Positions 1 to 8,442 of a stretch of 64,000 bases of DNA are shown piece after piece; within the stretch, counting starts at the first letter, position 1; each line of letters opens with the position of its first letter. Under the pieces are notes generated by a model. The model ran no database searches and was not told the DNA's origin. It saw nothing but the letters and a program-made list of their open reading frames with translations. A program made the position numbers and the translations under genes. Where the stretch lies: contig CAWFAR010000005.1 of NCBI GenBank assembly GCA_963813935.1, positions 376,944 to 440,943 on the forward strand, written 5' to 3'. Origin of the DNA: an uncultured Actinomycetota bacterium (lineage in GTDB: Bacteria > Actinomycetota > Actinomycetes > Mycobacteriales > Mycobacteriaceae).

Positions 1-6
1 ACTTGT

Positions 7-741
7 GTGAATTTGATGCCTAGGCGGTCGCGTGAACGTGCACCGCACCTGCTTGGAGATGTTCCACTCCGATCAACCTGGGGGTGGACTTATCCTCGGA
101 CGGTGGACCGCGCGGACGTTTATGCCGCTACGGCACGGGAGCGGTGTCGGATCGCCGATCTGATCGACAGCCTGGATGAGGCGCAACTCGCGACTCCGAG
201 TCTGTGCGCGGGCTGGGATGTCAAGACTGTGGCTGCGCATCTCGTCAGCATGCTGATGGATGGTCCTGCTGCGGTTGCTCGGTTAGGCATGCGCTACATG
301 AATCCCGACCGCGCCATTGATGTGTTGGCGAAACGTCGTGCGCGGTCGCCAGCCGACGAGATCGCCGCCACTCTGCGTCGCCTCGCTGATCACCACTATT
401 GGAGCCCTCCACCGCGCGGGGATCGAGGTCCGCTGGCGGATGTGTTAGTGCATAGCGGTGATATCAGAATTGCGCTGGGACTGCCCTTTGAACCAGACCC
501 CCAACTGGCTGCCGTGGCGATCGATCGTCTGACCCAGCCGACAACAACAGGCTTAGTTCCCCTCAGTCGGCTACGACGGATCTCGTGGCGTGCCACAGAC
601 ATAAACCGAACATGGCGGAAGGGCAAAGAAATTCGCGGCCCGGTGTCGGCGCTGATGATGGCAGTCGGCGGACGTACCGCTCTATTGGATGCGCTCGACG
701 GGCCCGGATTGCCACTGCTGCGGCAGCGAATATCTGGCTAG
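7..741 (+). CDS. Mycothiol-dependent maleylpyruvate isomerase family (DinB/TIGR03083-like) protein
   Basis: 244-aa ORF. The segment ERCRIADLIDSLDEAQLATPSLCAGWDVKTVAAHLVS resembles the conserved N-terminal signature of this actinobacterial family (from memory). An in-frame GTG at 103 is an equally plausible start. Confidence 0.65.
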   Translation: MNLMPRRSRERAPHLLGDVPLRSTWGWTYPRTVDRADVYAATARERCRIADLIDSLDEAQLATPSLCAGWDVKTVAAHLVSMLMDGPAAVARLGMRYMNPDRAIDVLAKRRARSPADEIAATLRRLADHHYWSPPPRGDRGPLADVLVHSGDIRIALGLPFEPDPQLAAVAIDRLTQPTTTGLVPLSRLRRISWRATDINRTWRKGKEIRGPVSALMMAVGGRTALLDALDGPGLPLLRQRISG

Positions 742-911
742 GTAGAGCATCGGTTCAGTTCGGCCACATTGTTGCGTTCGCTGTGACGTGGACATTGGCC
801 GACTTGGCGGGGCGTTTATCTCGTCATGGCCAAGCGGCGCGAACGCCCGGCGGGCAGACATTCGAGGTCGGATGAAGGTAGCCGGGGGCCACATGGCCAC
901 GGGGCGCCCGT

Positions 912-939
912 GGGCACATTTTGGGCACACTTGGGCACA
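912..939 (+). repeat. Heptamer cluster A: GGGCACA x3 with 11- and 10-nt periodicity
   Basis: GGGCACA occurs at 912-918, 923-929 and 933-939. Degenerate GGCCACA-like copies lie just upstream at 887-900. Confidence 0.8.
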
Positions 940-1021
940 AACCGGGGCAATCTCAACGAATCACATTTGATGTTATTTCGCAGGTCACAGCCGTTTCGAC
1001 GCTCTGACCTGAGGCACGCCG

Positions 1022-1047
1022 AGGGTTCGACTCCCTCCGCCCGCACC
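1022..1047 (+). repeat. tRNA 3-prime-end-like sequence, copy 1 (T-arm plus acceptor strand; not an intact tRNA)
   Basis: The sequence is AGGGTTCGACTCCCTCCGCCCGCACC. It contains a GGTTCGACTCC T-loop with GAGGG/CCCTC pairing and a CGCCCGC-A-CC acceptor-like end. No complementary GCGGGCG 5-prime acceptor strand occurs within 120 nt upstream. Confidence 0.75.
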
Positions 1048-1108
1048 GATGCTACACCGGTGTCTGCGCAGGTAAACGGCTATTTCGGTGTTTGCCGCGG
1101 AGCCTCGT

Positions 1109-1137
1109 GAGCACCAGGTGAGCACATTTTGAGCACA
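1109..1137 (+). repeat. Heptamer cluster B: GAGCAC(C/A) x3 with 11-nt periodicity
   Basis: GAGCACC occurs at 1109-1115 and GAGCACA at 1120-1126 and 1131-1137. The cluster starts 62 nt downstream of tRNA-like copy 1. Confidence 0.8.
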
Positions 1138-1157
1138 CTTTCACGCGAATACCTGGC

Positions 1158-1448
1158 ATGCAGCGTGACCGCCACCGCGTCCAGATCGTTGATTTGCAGG
1201 GCAGGCCGCTCATGCTGCCCTCGACGCATCCTGCCGCACTGGTCGGCACCGCCGATGATGGGGTGGTGGCGGAATGGCTTGGCATGCGGGTAATCCTAGA
1301 TGTCAATGTCCCGACCACGTCCGACAGCGGGTCTCAGGATTACGTTATTCTCGGTCATTCGCCGGACTGGTTACTGTGCGAGAGTACGCGAATCGAGGAC
1401 CGGGGCCGGTTGGCGTTTGTCGACACAACTGATGGGGTAGTCAGCTAG
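1158..1448 (+). CDS. Hypothetical protein, possibly a truncated phage structural (capsid C-terminal-like) fragment
   Basis: 96-aa ORF inside the element remnant. The resemblance to HK97-type capsid C-termini (WLGMRVILDVNVP ... YVILGHSPDW) is weak and from memory only. No clear SD. Confidence 0.25.
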   Translation: MQRDRHRVQIVDLQGRPLMLPSTHPAALVGTADDGVVAEWLGMRVILDVNVPTTSDSGSQDYVILGHSPDWLLCESTRIEDRGRLAFVDTTDGVVS

Positions 1449-1483
1449 ATTCAGACAGGCCTAACAGCGAGGACGACGAGAAC

Positions 1484-1717
1484 ATGCCTGAGGACGAAGT
1501 CAGCCCCGAGATTGAGCGCCTGATCGAAAGGCTTGAGGTCTGTGGCTGGAAGCGCCCCAACTGGGGGTGGGGATCTTGCGAACCCGTCCCGATGTTCACC
1601 GAGGCCGAGATCCGCGCAGCCTGTGCGGCGGCCAAGCTGTTAGATCAAGGGACCGACGACATCATCGACGCCCTCAAAGTCACCCGCGCCCACCACATTG
1701 TCGAGATCACCCCGTGA
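1484..1717 (+). CDS. Hypothetical small protein
   Basis: 77-aa ORF with an ATG start and a GAGGA about 10 nt upstream. The composition is acidic and helical. No family recognised. Confidence 0.4.
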   Translation: MPEDEVSPEIERLIERLEVCGWKRPNWGWGSCEPVPMFTEAEIRAACAAAKLLDQGTDDIIDALKVTRAHHIVEITP

Positions 1718-1804
1718 ACACCGACTCACAGTCGCCCGATCGCGTCTGCGCGGCGGGCTGGCGGGCCCGGGGACGCTGACAAGCCTTTCCCAGCATCCCT
1801 GCAG

Positions 1805-1966
1805 ATGTGGGCGCAGAAGACGGGCGTGCCCTACGAGTGGCTACGCGACGGCAAGTGGCCCGGTGCCGATCAATGGGATCAAGCGGAGCTTCCAGCGCGG
1901 GAGCGGCTACGCGAGATGAGTGCGGCACTGCTGAAGATAGCCGACCAACTTGAGTCTCGGACGTGA
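1805..1966 (+). CDS. Hypothetical small protein (53 aa, below the ORF-track cutoff)
   Basis: Hand translation gives MWAQKTGVPYEWLRDGKWPGADQWDQAELPARERLREMSAALLKIADQLESRT. By hand count, about 72 percent of third codon positions are G or C. No family recognised. Confidence 0.3.
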   Translation: MWAQKTGVPYEWLRDGKWPGADQWDQAELPARERLREMSAALLKIADQLESRT

Positions 1967-2097
1967 TTGTTAGCGCGCAAGTCGGCAGTCGATGTCTGGT
2001 GGATGATTGGTTTCATGCCCGCAGTCGGCGAGCTGGTCCGCTGCCCGTTTTGACCTACCGCAGCGCCGGGCAGCAAAGCTGAGCTGACGTATTCGCG

Positions 2098-2337
2098 TCA
2101 GGACTGCGAGTGGCTTGGCTTCTCCGCGAACAGTTTCACAGGTGCATAGCGGCCATCGGGTAACTGATGGGTCACCTTGTAGAGATTGATCAAGCCACGG
2201 TCGGCTAGCGCATTCACGGCGCGACGGATCTGGCGGTCGCTCGCGTCCAGGCGTTCGGCCAACTCGGTGATGGCCAGATGTCCGGCGCTCAGCTCGTCGA
2301 GGATGGCCTGCTCGGTCTTGGGGATGTCGCGACTCAT
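2098..2337 (-). CDS. Winged-helix (MarR/ArsR-like) DNA-binding protein
   Basis: 79-aa ORF. ILDELSAGHLAITELAERLDASDRQIRRAVNALADRGLI is a classic wHTH recognition segment. Confidence 0.6.
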   Translation of the reverse strand: MSRDIPKTEQAILDELSAGHLAITELAERLDASDRQIRRAVNALADRGLINLYKVTHQLPDGRYAPVKLFAEKPSHSQS

Positions 2338-2430
2338 TGGCTTCTGAGGCCTTCCTCTCTCGTCGACCCCCCTTGCTCGTGACTACCCCAGACTCCTCAT
2401 GGCCAGGAAAAGTTGATCTCAGCCGCGGAC

Positions 2431-2466
2431 GCCTTGCAGCCTTGCATGAAGCCTCGCATTCATGCA
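2431..2466. promoter_or_regulatory. Operator-like repeats upstream of the wHTH gene
   Basis: A tandem GCCTTGCA GCCTTGCA at 2431-2446 overlaps a perfect inverted repeat, TGCATGAA (2443-2450) - N8 - TTCATGCA (2459-2466). The site lies about 100-130 nt upstream of the start at 2337. Confidence 0.35.
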
Positions 2467-2931
2467 ACTAGGCGGTCTAAGTGTCTCGATGACAGGACAG
2501 CAGCGATGACGACACGCGATTCGAGCCGGTGGCCATCGCACCGGTAGCGCACGCCGACATCTGCGCCGGCGCAGACGGTCGACGCCATCATGTCGACGTG
2601 GGTGGCTGCAGCCACATAGCCGGTGACATTGCGGGCGGCGCGCTCATAGCGGCGGCCGCCGACCCGTACCGGCCGGGCGACCTGCCGTGCTACACGGTAG
2701 AGGGTGTGCCGTACTACACGCCCGTCGGCGACCCTTGCTAATGGTGCAAACGCATTCAGCACCACTCAACGGCAGGCCGTCCCAAACTTGCTGCCACCGC
2801 CAGGCGCCGAGCTACGCCGCCTGATCCGCGAGGGCTTCGAGCAGGGCATCGCGGGCGAGCAACTCGCCGAGGCGGCCGGGCTGTCCAGTGTCGCGGGTCT
2901 ATCAGATTCGGGACGGGCGATGATACGGCGT

Positions 2932-2960
2932 GAGCACACCGTGAGCACAATCTGAGCGCA
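2932..2960 (+). repeat. Heptamer cluster C: GAGCACA, GAGCACA, GAGCGCA with 11-nt periodicity
   Basis: Copies lie at 2932-2938, 2943-2949 and 2954-2960. The first heptamer is 111 nt before tRNA-like copy 2, the same offset as cluster A to copy 1. Confidence 0.8.
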
Positions 2961-3041
2961 GTAACAGATAACTAGCGTGAATCACCGTGATGTCGTTCAG
3001 CAGGTAGAGCCGGTTTCGCCCCTGTGACCAGGTAGCTGAAT

Positions 3042-3082
3042 AGGGTTCGACTCCCTCCGCCCGCACCCTTGCCCGCACCCTT
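3042..3082 (+). repeat. tRNA 3-prime-end-like sequence, copy 2, followed by a tandem 12-mer
   Basis: 3042-3067 is identical to 1022-1047. GCCCGCACCCTT occurs twice in tandem at 3059-3070 and 3071-3082. The base before the repeat breaks T-stem pairing, and no 5-prime acceptor strand is present. Confidence 0.75.
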
Positions 3083-3251
3083 TCTGGTACGCCTTTGTGC
3101 GCGAGCACGCGTTGCAGCGTTACCAAGCGGTCAAGCCCGACGTTTTGCTGCTCGCTCTGCGGGTATGGCGCAAAGGACTGCACAGCAAGAGGCGCCATGA
3201 CCATTTGGCACGAGCCACCATCGCTAGGAGAAGAAGTCGACGCCGCAGGAG

Positions 3252-3518
3252 ATGTGGAACTCGCAGAACGTAGAGTCGCACAGGCTCGCGAGCGCGCCCC
3301 ACACGCAGGACTCTCAGCCGCTCTTCGAAGAGTCGGCACGCTATCACGAACAATTTGCAAAGGTGCAAGACCAGGCCGTCCAACGCGGCGCATCCGAAGC
3401 GGGCGTACACCGCAGCTCCGCAACCCGCCATCGGCAAGCAGCAGCCGACGACCGAGACCTGGCCGAGCGAAAGCGGAAAGAGTCCGCAGCCGACCTATCT
3501 CTCGACACGAACCACTAG
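3252..3518 (+). CDS. Hypothetical charged coiled-coil-like protein
   Basis: 88-aa ORF. By hand count it has the best third-position GC (about 70 percent) of the overlapping frames. No family recognised. Confidence 0.3.
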   Translation: MWNSQNVESHRLASAPHTQDSQPLFEESARYHEQFAKVQDQAVQRGASEAGVHRSSATRHRQAAADDRDLAERKRKESAADLSLDTNH

Positions 3519-3536
3519 CAGCACCCGCTCAACTCG

Positions 3537-4454
3537 TCAGTCGAACAGGTGGCGATGTTGCTCGACGTATTGCCGCACAGTTTGTGCCGGATGGCCGGTG
3601 ATGGTTTCAACGTCGCGGGTTGACCGGTTGTAGCGGCCCTGGCGGTGCAGCTTGGCCATGGTGGCGATGTGTTGTCGCGTATGCGGATCCAGTCCCACCT
3701 GATCGAGCACCTTCAGCCAGTCATCGTCGGGAGGGCTGACCGCGGCGACGGGTCGATCGAGGGCTTGTGCGTACTGTGCGGCGAGCTCGTCGATGTCCAG
3801 CGTGGTCGGGCCGGTTAGTTCATAGACCGCACCGAGGTGATCTTGGGGTGCCAACAGCACCGCGGTCACGACTTCAGCGACGTCGTTGGATGCGACGGGC
3901 GAAGTGCGGCCGGTTCCGAAGGGGAGGATCAGCTGTCCGGTTTCCCGGATCGAGCGGGCGGCCACCATCGTGAAGAATGGGTTCTCGAGTAGGACAGTGG
4001 GGCGGATGTGCACGGCAGGGATGCCGGACCAGTTGATGACGTGCTCCGCCAGCCAGTGCAGGCGTTGTTGCTTGGATTCCTCGGTGCTCGTGGCGGTCAT
4101 CTGCGAGACCGTCATTTGCGACATGTTGACCAGAACTTCGAGGTTGTCGAGATCCTTCGCGATCGCGCAAACCACAGCGGTGGCTTGCAGGTAATCGGGT
4201 GAGACGCTCATGTTGAAGAACATCCGGGTGACGCCAGACATCGCCGCGAACACGTCGACCGGGTTGGTTAGGTCCCCGACGACGACATCGGCGCCCTGGG
4301 CACGCAGCGCATCGGCGCGAGAGTCGTCGCGGTGCACCATGGCGCGAACCGCCTCGCCGCGGCTGAGCAGTTGGGCCACCACCTGCGGGCTGATACCGGC
4401 GATGCCGCCGCCGGCGCCAGTGATGAGGTAGCTCGGTGGTGTAGTCACCGTCAC
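3537..4454 (-). CDS. NmrA-family NAD(P)-binding protein
   Basis: 305 aa. The N-terminal Rossmann motif ITGAGGGIAG is followed by an NmrA-like layout. The gene ends 8 nt after the upstream molybdoenzyme gene. Confidence 0.75.
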   Translation of the reverse strand: MTVTTPPSYLITGAGGGIAGISPQVVAQLLSRGEAVRAMVHRDDSRADALRAQGADVVVGDLTNPVDVFAAMSGVTRMFFNMSVSPDYLQATAVVCAIAKDLDNLEVLVNMSQMTVSQMTATSTEESKQQRLHWLAEHVINWSGIPAVHIRPTVLLENPFFTMVAARSIRETGQLILPFGTGRTSPVASNDVAEVVTAVLLAPQDHLGAVYELTGPTTLDIDELAAQYAQALDRPVAAVSPPDDDWLKVLDQVGLDPHTRQHIATMAKLHRQGRYNRSTRDVETITGHPAQTVRQYVEQHRHLFD

Positions 4455-4461
4455 GCTGAAT

Positions 4462-6819
4462 TCACTCGGCTGTGCTGGGAGCGACGCGCACCTTGATGTT
4501 CTTCATCAGCGGCTGATTGCTCTGGCTGCTGTAATCGCTTGCCGCGATTAGCACGTTCATCTCCGGCATGTAGCCCGCCGCGCAGCCGCGCGGCATGCTG
4601 TATTCGATCGCTCGGTACTGCTTGAGGAACCGCCGGCTGCCATCGCGGGCCGTGGCGGTGATGTCGACCAGTCCGCCATCTTTGATGTGGCGGGTCCGCA
4701 TGTCGTCCGGATTCATCAGGATGAGCGTACGCAGATTGTGGATCCCGCGATATCGGTCGTTGTCGGAATAGATCGTGGTGTTCCACTGGTCGTGACTGCG
4801 CATCGTCTGTAGAACCAGTACGTCGTCGGCTTGCGGTGTGTCCGGCAGGGCAGCGGTAGAGAATTCGGCGCGACCCGACGGTGTGAGGAAGACGAGTTCG
4901 CGGGCGGGCTGGCGGATGCGGAATCCCAGCGGTAGGCGCACCCGTCGGTTGAAATCCTCGAAGCCGTCCAGGACTTGGGCCATGGTGTCCCTGATGCGGT
5001 CGTAGTCCTCGACGTAGGCCTCCCAAGGGGTGCGGCTCTGCGGGAGGGTGGCGCGCGCCATCCCGGCGATGATGGCCGGCTCGGACAGCAGGTGTGGAGA
5101 GGCTGGCTTTTTCATTCCCACTGACAGGTGGACCATGCTCATCGAGTCCTCGACCGAGCTGGCCTGGATTCCCCGCCGCTGGTGGTCCTTTTCGGTCCGC
5201 CCCAGGCAGGGCAGGATCAGAGCCTTTTCCCCATGCACGAGGTGGCTCCGGTTGAGCTTGGTGCTCACATGGACGGTTAACGAACAGCGCCTCAGACCCC
5301 GGGCGGTGTATTCGGTATCGGGCGCGGCCAACACGAAGTTGCCTCCCATGCCGACGAATACATTCACCCTGCCCTCGTTCATGGCCGCGATGGTGTCGAC
5401 GGTGTCCATACCGTGCTCCCGCGGCGGGTCGATATGGCAGACGTCGGCGAGCCGGTCGAGGAACTGCTCGGTCGGGCGGTGGTCGATGCCGCAGGTGCGG
5501 TTGCCCTGGACATTGCTGTGGCCGCGCACGGGCGACGGGCCGGCGCCCTCCCTGCCGAGGTTGCCACGCAGCAGCAGCAGGTTGACGATTTCACGGACGG
5601 TATCCACGCCGTGCTCGTGCTGGGTGATGCCCAAACACCAGCTGATCAGGGTCCGGTCAGAGCGCGAGTAGATCTCAGCGGCTTCGACGATGTCGGCCCG
5701 GGTCAGGCCTGACTGCTCCTCGAGTTGTGCCCACGGAGTGGCGTCGCACAGCGCCCGGTAATCCTCGAACCCCTGAGTATGGCGCTCGATGAACTCATGA
5801 TCCAACGCCTTGCGATGGAACCGACTCTGCTCCAGCACCGCCTTGGCGATCCCCCGGAGTAGCGCCATGTCGCCGCCGACGCGCACCTGGAGGTTGAGGG
5901 TGCTGGTGCGGGTGGCTTTGAACAACGCCATTTGGGTCAGCTCATGGGGCACGATCGTGCGCGTCGCCGCGGCCTCAACCAGCGGATTGATGTGGACGAT
6001 CTGCGCGCCCCGCCGGTAGGCCTCGGCCAGTGCCGTCAGCATGCGGGGAGCGTTGGAGGCGGCGTTGACACCCAGGATGAACAGGGCGTCGGCCGTCTCC
6101 CAGTCCTTGAGGTCCGCGGTGCCCTTGCCGGTGCCCAGGGCCGCCTGAAGAGCACGCCCTGACGCTTCATGGCACATGTTCGAGCAGTCGGGCAGGTTGT
6201 TCGTGCCGAACTCGCGTGCCATCAGCTGATAGAGAAAAGTTGCTTCGTTGCCCAGCCGGCCCGACGTGTAAAACGCCGCCTGGTTCGGACTTTCGAGTGC
6301 GTGCAGTTCCTGGCCGATCAGGTCGAAGGCGTCCTGCCAGGCGATCGCCCTATAGCGGTCGCTGGCGGCGTCATAAACCAGCGGCTCGGTGAGTCGTCCC
6401 TGGTCCTCCAGGGCAAAGTCAGACCACGTCGCGAGCTCCGAGACGGTGTGCTGGGCGAAGAAGTCGGCACCGACTCGCTTGTGCGTCATCTCCCACGTGA
6501 CGTGCTTGATGCCGTTCTCACAGATATCGAGCCGCAGCCCCTTGATGTCGTCCGGCCAAGCACATCCCGGGCAGTCGAACCCGCCGTTCTCGTGATTCAT
6601 CTTGTGGATCGCCCGTGCACCGTTCAGAAGCGCGTGCTCGCGCACGAGAACCTGGGAGACACTCTTTGCCGCCCCCCACCCGGCGGCCGGGTGGTGATAG
6701 GCCTGGTGCGACGGGCGCTTGTCGGTCTCCGGACCGTCTCCGTCAATTGGCGTGCGGCTCACGGCATTTCCATCCGGATTCGACGCTCGATTCAGGTCAG
6801 ATGTGGTCATCTTCAACAC
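4462..6819 (-). CDS. FdhF/YdeP-type molybdopterin oxidoreductase (formate dehydrogenase H-like alpha subunit)
   Basis: 785 aa. It has the N-terminal GGFDCPGCAWPD cysteine motif and a length and layout typical of the YdeP/FdhF family. The start may be the ATG at 6810. Confidence 0.85.
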   Translation of the reverse strand: MLKMTTSDLNRASNPDGNAVSRTPIDGDGPETDKRPSHQAYHHPAAGWGAAKSVSQVLVREHALLNGARAIHKMNHENGGFDCPGCAWPDDIKGLRLDICENGIKHVTWEMTHKRVGADFFAQHTVSELATWSDFALEDQGRLTEPLVYDAASDRYRAIAWQDAFDLIGQELHALESPNQAAFYTSGRLGNEATFLYQLMAREFGTNNLPDCSNMCHEASGRALQAALGTGKGTADLKDWETADALFILGVNAASNAPRMLTALAEAYRRGAQIVHINPLVEAAATRTIVPHELTQMALFKATRTSTLNLQVRVGGDMALLRGIAKAVLEQSRFHRKALDHEFIERHTQGFEDYRALCDATPWAQLEEQSGLTRADIVEAAEIYSRSDRTLISWCLGITQHEHGVDTVREIVNLLLLRGNLGREGAGPSPVRGHSNVQGNRTCGIDHRPTEQFLDRLADVCHIDPPREHGMDTVDTIAAMNEGRVNVFVGMGGNFVLAAPDTEYTARGLRRCSLTVHVSTKLNRSHLVHGEKALILPCLGRTEKDHQRRGIQASSVEDSMSMVHLSVGMKKPASPHLLSEPAIIAGMARATLPQSRTPWEAYVEDYDRIRDTMAQVLDGFEDFNRRVRLPLGFRIRQPARELVFLTPSGRAEFSTAALPDTPQADDVLVLQTMRSHDQWNTTIYSDNDRYRGIHNLRTLILMNPDDMRTRHIKDGGLVDITATARDGSRRFLKQYRAIEYSMPRGCAAGYMPEMNVLIAASDYSSQSNQPLMKNIKVRVAPSTAE

Positions 6820-7136
6820 CTTTGATTGCCGATTACCGGACTCCAGAATCGTATGCGCCTCAAGGACATTTCGCGCCCTGTGGTTTTAACAGCATCGAAG
6901 CCTTTCGCGGCCGGATGCGGAGCGGTAAACGCGGGATATCGCGGTCCAAAACATCGCACGTGCGGCGCTATTCATCCGTATGGAGCTCATCGCTTTGCCG
7001 GTGGTAGGCGGTCTCCGCTAGGCCGCGCGTCGGCGACGCGGTAGGCGCCCACCGTCCGGGAAGGTGGGCTCGATGTGTCGTGTGCACTAATTCTCAGCAG
7101 ATGTTCACCTGCGCCGTCCCGTCGTGAATGTTAGAC

Positions 7137-7216
7137 GGAATGCGCAGCTCACAGCATTCCGGCATGATGAATCGGCAACGGTTCTGGCGTTTGCACAAGC
7201 TCTGTTCGGCGAACAG
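7137..7216. promoter_or_regulatory. Two palindromes in the divergent fdhF-like / reductase-desaturase intergenic region
   Basis: The first is GGAATGC (7137-7143) - N10 - GCATTCC (7154-7160). The second is the perfect 15-nt palindrome CTGTTCGGCGAACAG at 7202-7216, which ends 20 nt before the ATG at 7237. Confidence 0.3.
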
Positions 7217-7236
7217 GTGTTTAGCGAACGAGGCGC

Positions 7237-8433
7237 ATGGGAAGCCGAGTAGGAACCGTGTCTCAGGCGACTCACGGAAACATCGATCAGACCACTGGAA
7301 GGGCTATGGGTTCTACGCTTCGCAGCCTCACTCGATGGAGCAAGGCGCCCGCGAAAGGCGTGACTGCTTCCAAGTCTTGGGTCAACGTGCCACGGGGGCT
7401 GGCCGCCCGAGCGACCACCCCACTGCTGCCCGACGACTACCTCAAGATGCTCAACCCGCTGTGGTCGGCGCGCGAGTTGCGCGGTCGCATTGTCGACGTG
7501 CACCCCGAAACCGCTGATTCGGCAACAGTCACCATCAAGCCCGGCTGGGGCTTTTCAGGGAAGTACCAGCCAGGCCAGTATGTCGGAATCGGATTGCGGA
7601 TCGACGGCCGGTGGCACTGGCGCTCCTATTCGTTGACGTCGATTCCGAGGCGCGACAACAAGAACATCACCGTCACCGTCAAGGCAACCCCAGAGGGTTT
7701 TCTGTCGACCCACCTGGTCAACGGTGTGAAACCGGGCACCATCGTGCGGCTGGCGTCTCCCAAGGGAGACTTCGCGCTGCCCGACCCGCCGCCGGCCAAG
7801 GTCCTGTTCATCACGGCGGGCAGCGGAATCACCCCGGTGATGGCCATGCTGCGCACCCTCAAGTCCCGCGGGCAAGAGGCGGACATCGCGCACATTCACA
7901 CGGCGCCCAGCGCCGATGAGGTGATCTTTCACGACGAGTTGCGCGAGCTCGAAGAGACGCAGGCCGGGTATCGACTCCACCTGCAGCTCACCGAAACTCA
8001 GGGCCACATCGATTTCGACCATCTCGCCGACATCGTGGCCGACTGGCAGGATCGCCCGGCCTGGGTGTGCGGCCCGCCCGCCCTCCTGGACACGGTCGAA
8101 GAGGTGTGGAAAAGCGAGGATCGCAGCGATCAGCTGCGCATGGAACGCTTCACGATCGCCGCCACAGATAAGGGCGGCGAAGGCGGAACGGTCACGTTCG
8201 CCATATCCGATAAGACTATCGAAATAGACGGCGCCACATCGCTTTTGGAAGCCGGCGAAAAGGTGGGGATCCAGATGCCGTTTGGGTGCCGGATGGGCAT
8301 CTGCCAGACCTGCGTGCTGCCGCTGGAGTCAGGGCACGTGCGCGACTTCAGGTCGGGGACCGAACACCGTGAAGGCGACCGCATCCAAACCTGCATCTCC
8401 ACGGCATCCGGAGACTGCACCTTAAAGATCTAA
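7237..8433 (+). CDS. Ferredoxin-NAD(P) reductase-type oxidoreductase with C-terminal 2Fe-2S domain (desaturase electron donor, Rv3230c-like)
   Basis: 398 aa. It has FAD/NAD-binding motifs ([16 protein letters not shown]) and the C-terminal ferredoxin motif [10 protein letters not shown]. It sits immediately upstream of the desaturase. An alternative start is the ATG at 7306. Confidence 0.85.
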   Translation: MGSRVGTVSQATHGNIDQTTGRAMGSTLRSLTRWSKAPAKGVTASKSWVNVPRGLAARATTPLLPDDYLKMLNPLWSARELRGRIVDVHPETADSATVTIKPGWGFSGKYQPGQYVGIGLRIDGRWHWRSYSLTSIPRRDNKNITVTVKATPEGFLSTHLVNGVKPGTIVRLASPKGDFALPDPPPAKVLFITAGSGITPVMAMLRTLKSRGQEADIAHIHTAPSADEVIFHDELRELEETQAGYRLHLQLTETQGHIDFDHLADIVADWQDRPAWVCGPPALLDTVEEVWKSEDRSDQLRMERFTIAATDKGGEGGTVTFAISDKTIEIDGATSLLEAGEKVGIQMPFGCRMGICQTCVLPLESGHVRDFRSGTEHREGDRIQTCISTASGDCTLKI

Positions 8434-8442
8434 AGGGGACCT

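Larger units (their letters stand above)
880..3100. mobile_element. Decayed integrative element or prophage remnant; boundaries approximate, no integrase present
   Basis: Coding density is low. Two identical 26-nt tRNA 3-prime-end-like sequences lie at 1022-1047 and 3042-3067, each preceded at the same 111-nt offset by a triple heptamer cluster. The segment also holds small orphan ORFs and a winged-helix gene. Confidence 0.4.

Noticed and set aside
961-1047. An intact tRNA gene (also considered for 2981-3067)
   Set aside because: Only the T-arm and 3-prime acceptor strand are present. The required GCGGGCG 5-prime strand is absent. I could not draw an anticodon arm, and copy 2 has a T-stem mismatch. 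Both are reported as tRNA-like repeats instead.
2460-2765. Overlapping ORFs 2529..2741 (+, Cys/Gly-rich, ends …PCYTVEGVPYYTPVGDPC) and 2460..2765 (-)
   Set aside because: By hand count both frames have similarly high third-position GC. Neither has a convincing start, SD, signal peptide or recognisable family. I could not decide the strand or whether either is coding, so neither is listed as a feature.
7202-7216. Mycobacterial LexA SOS box
   Set aside because: The sequence is CTGTTCG-G-CGAACAG, with inverted arm order and a 1-nt spacer. The SOS box is TCGAAC-N4-GTTCGA.
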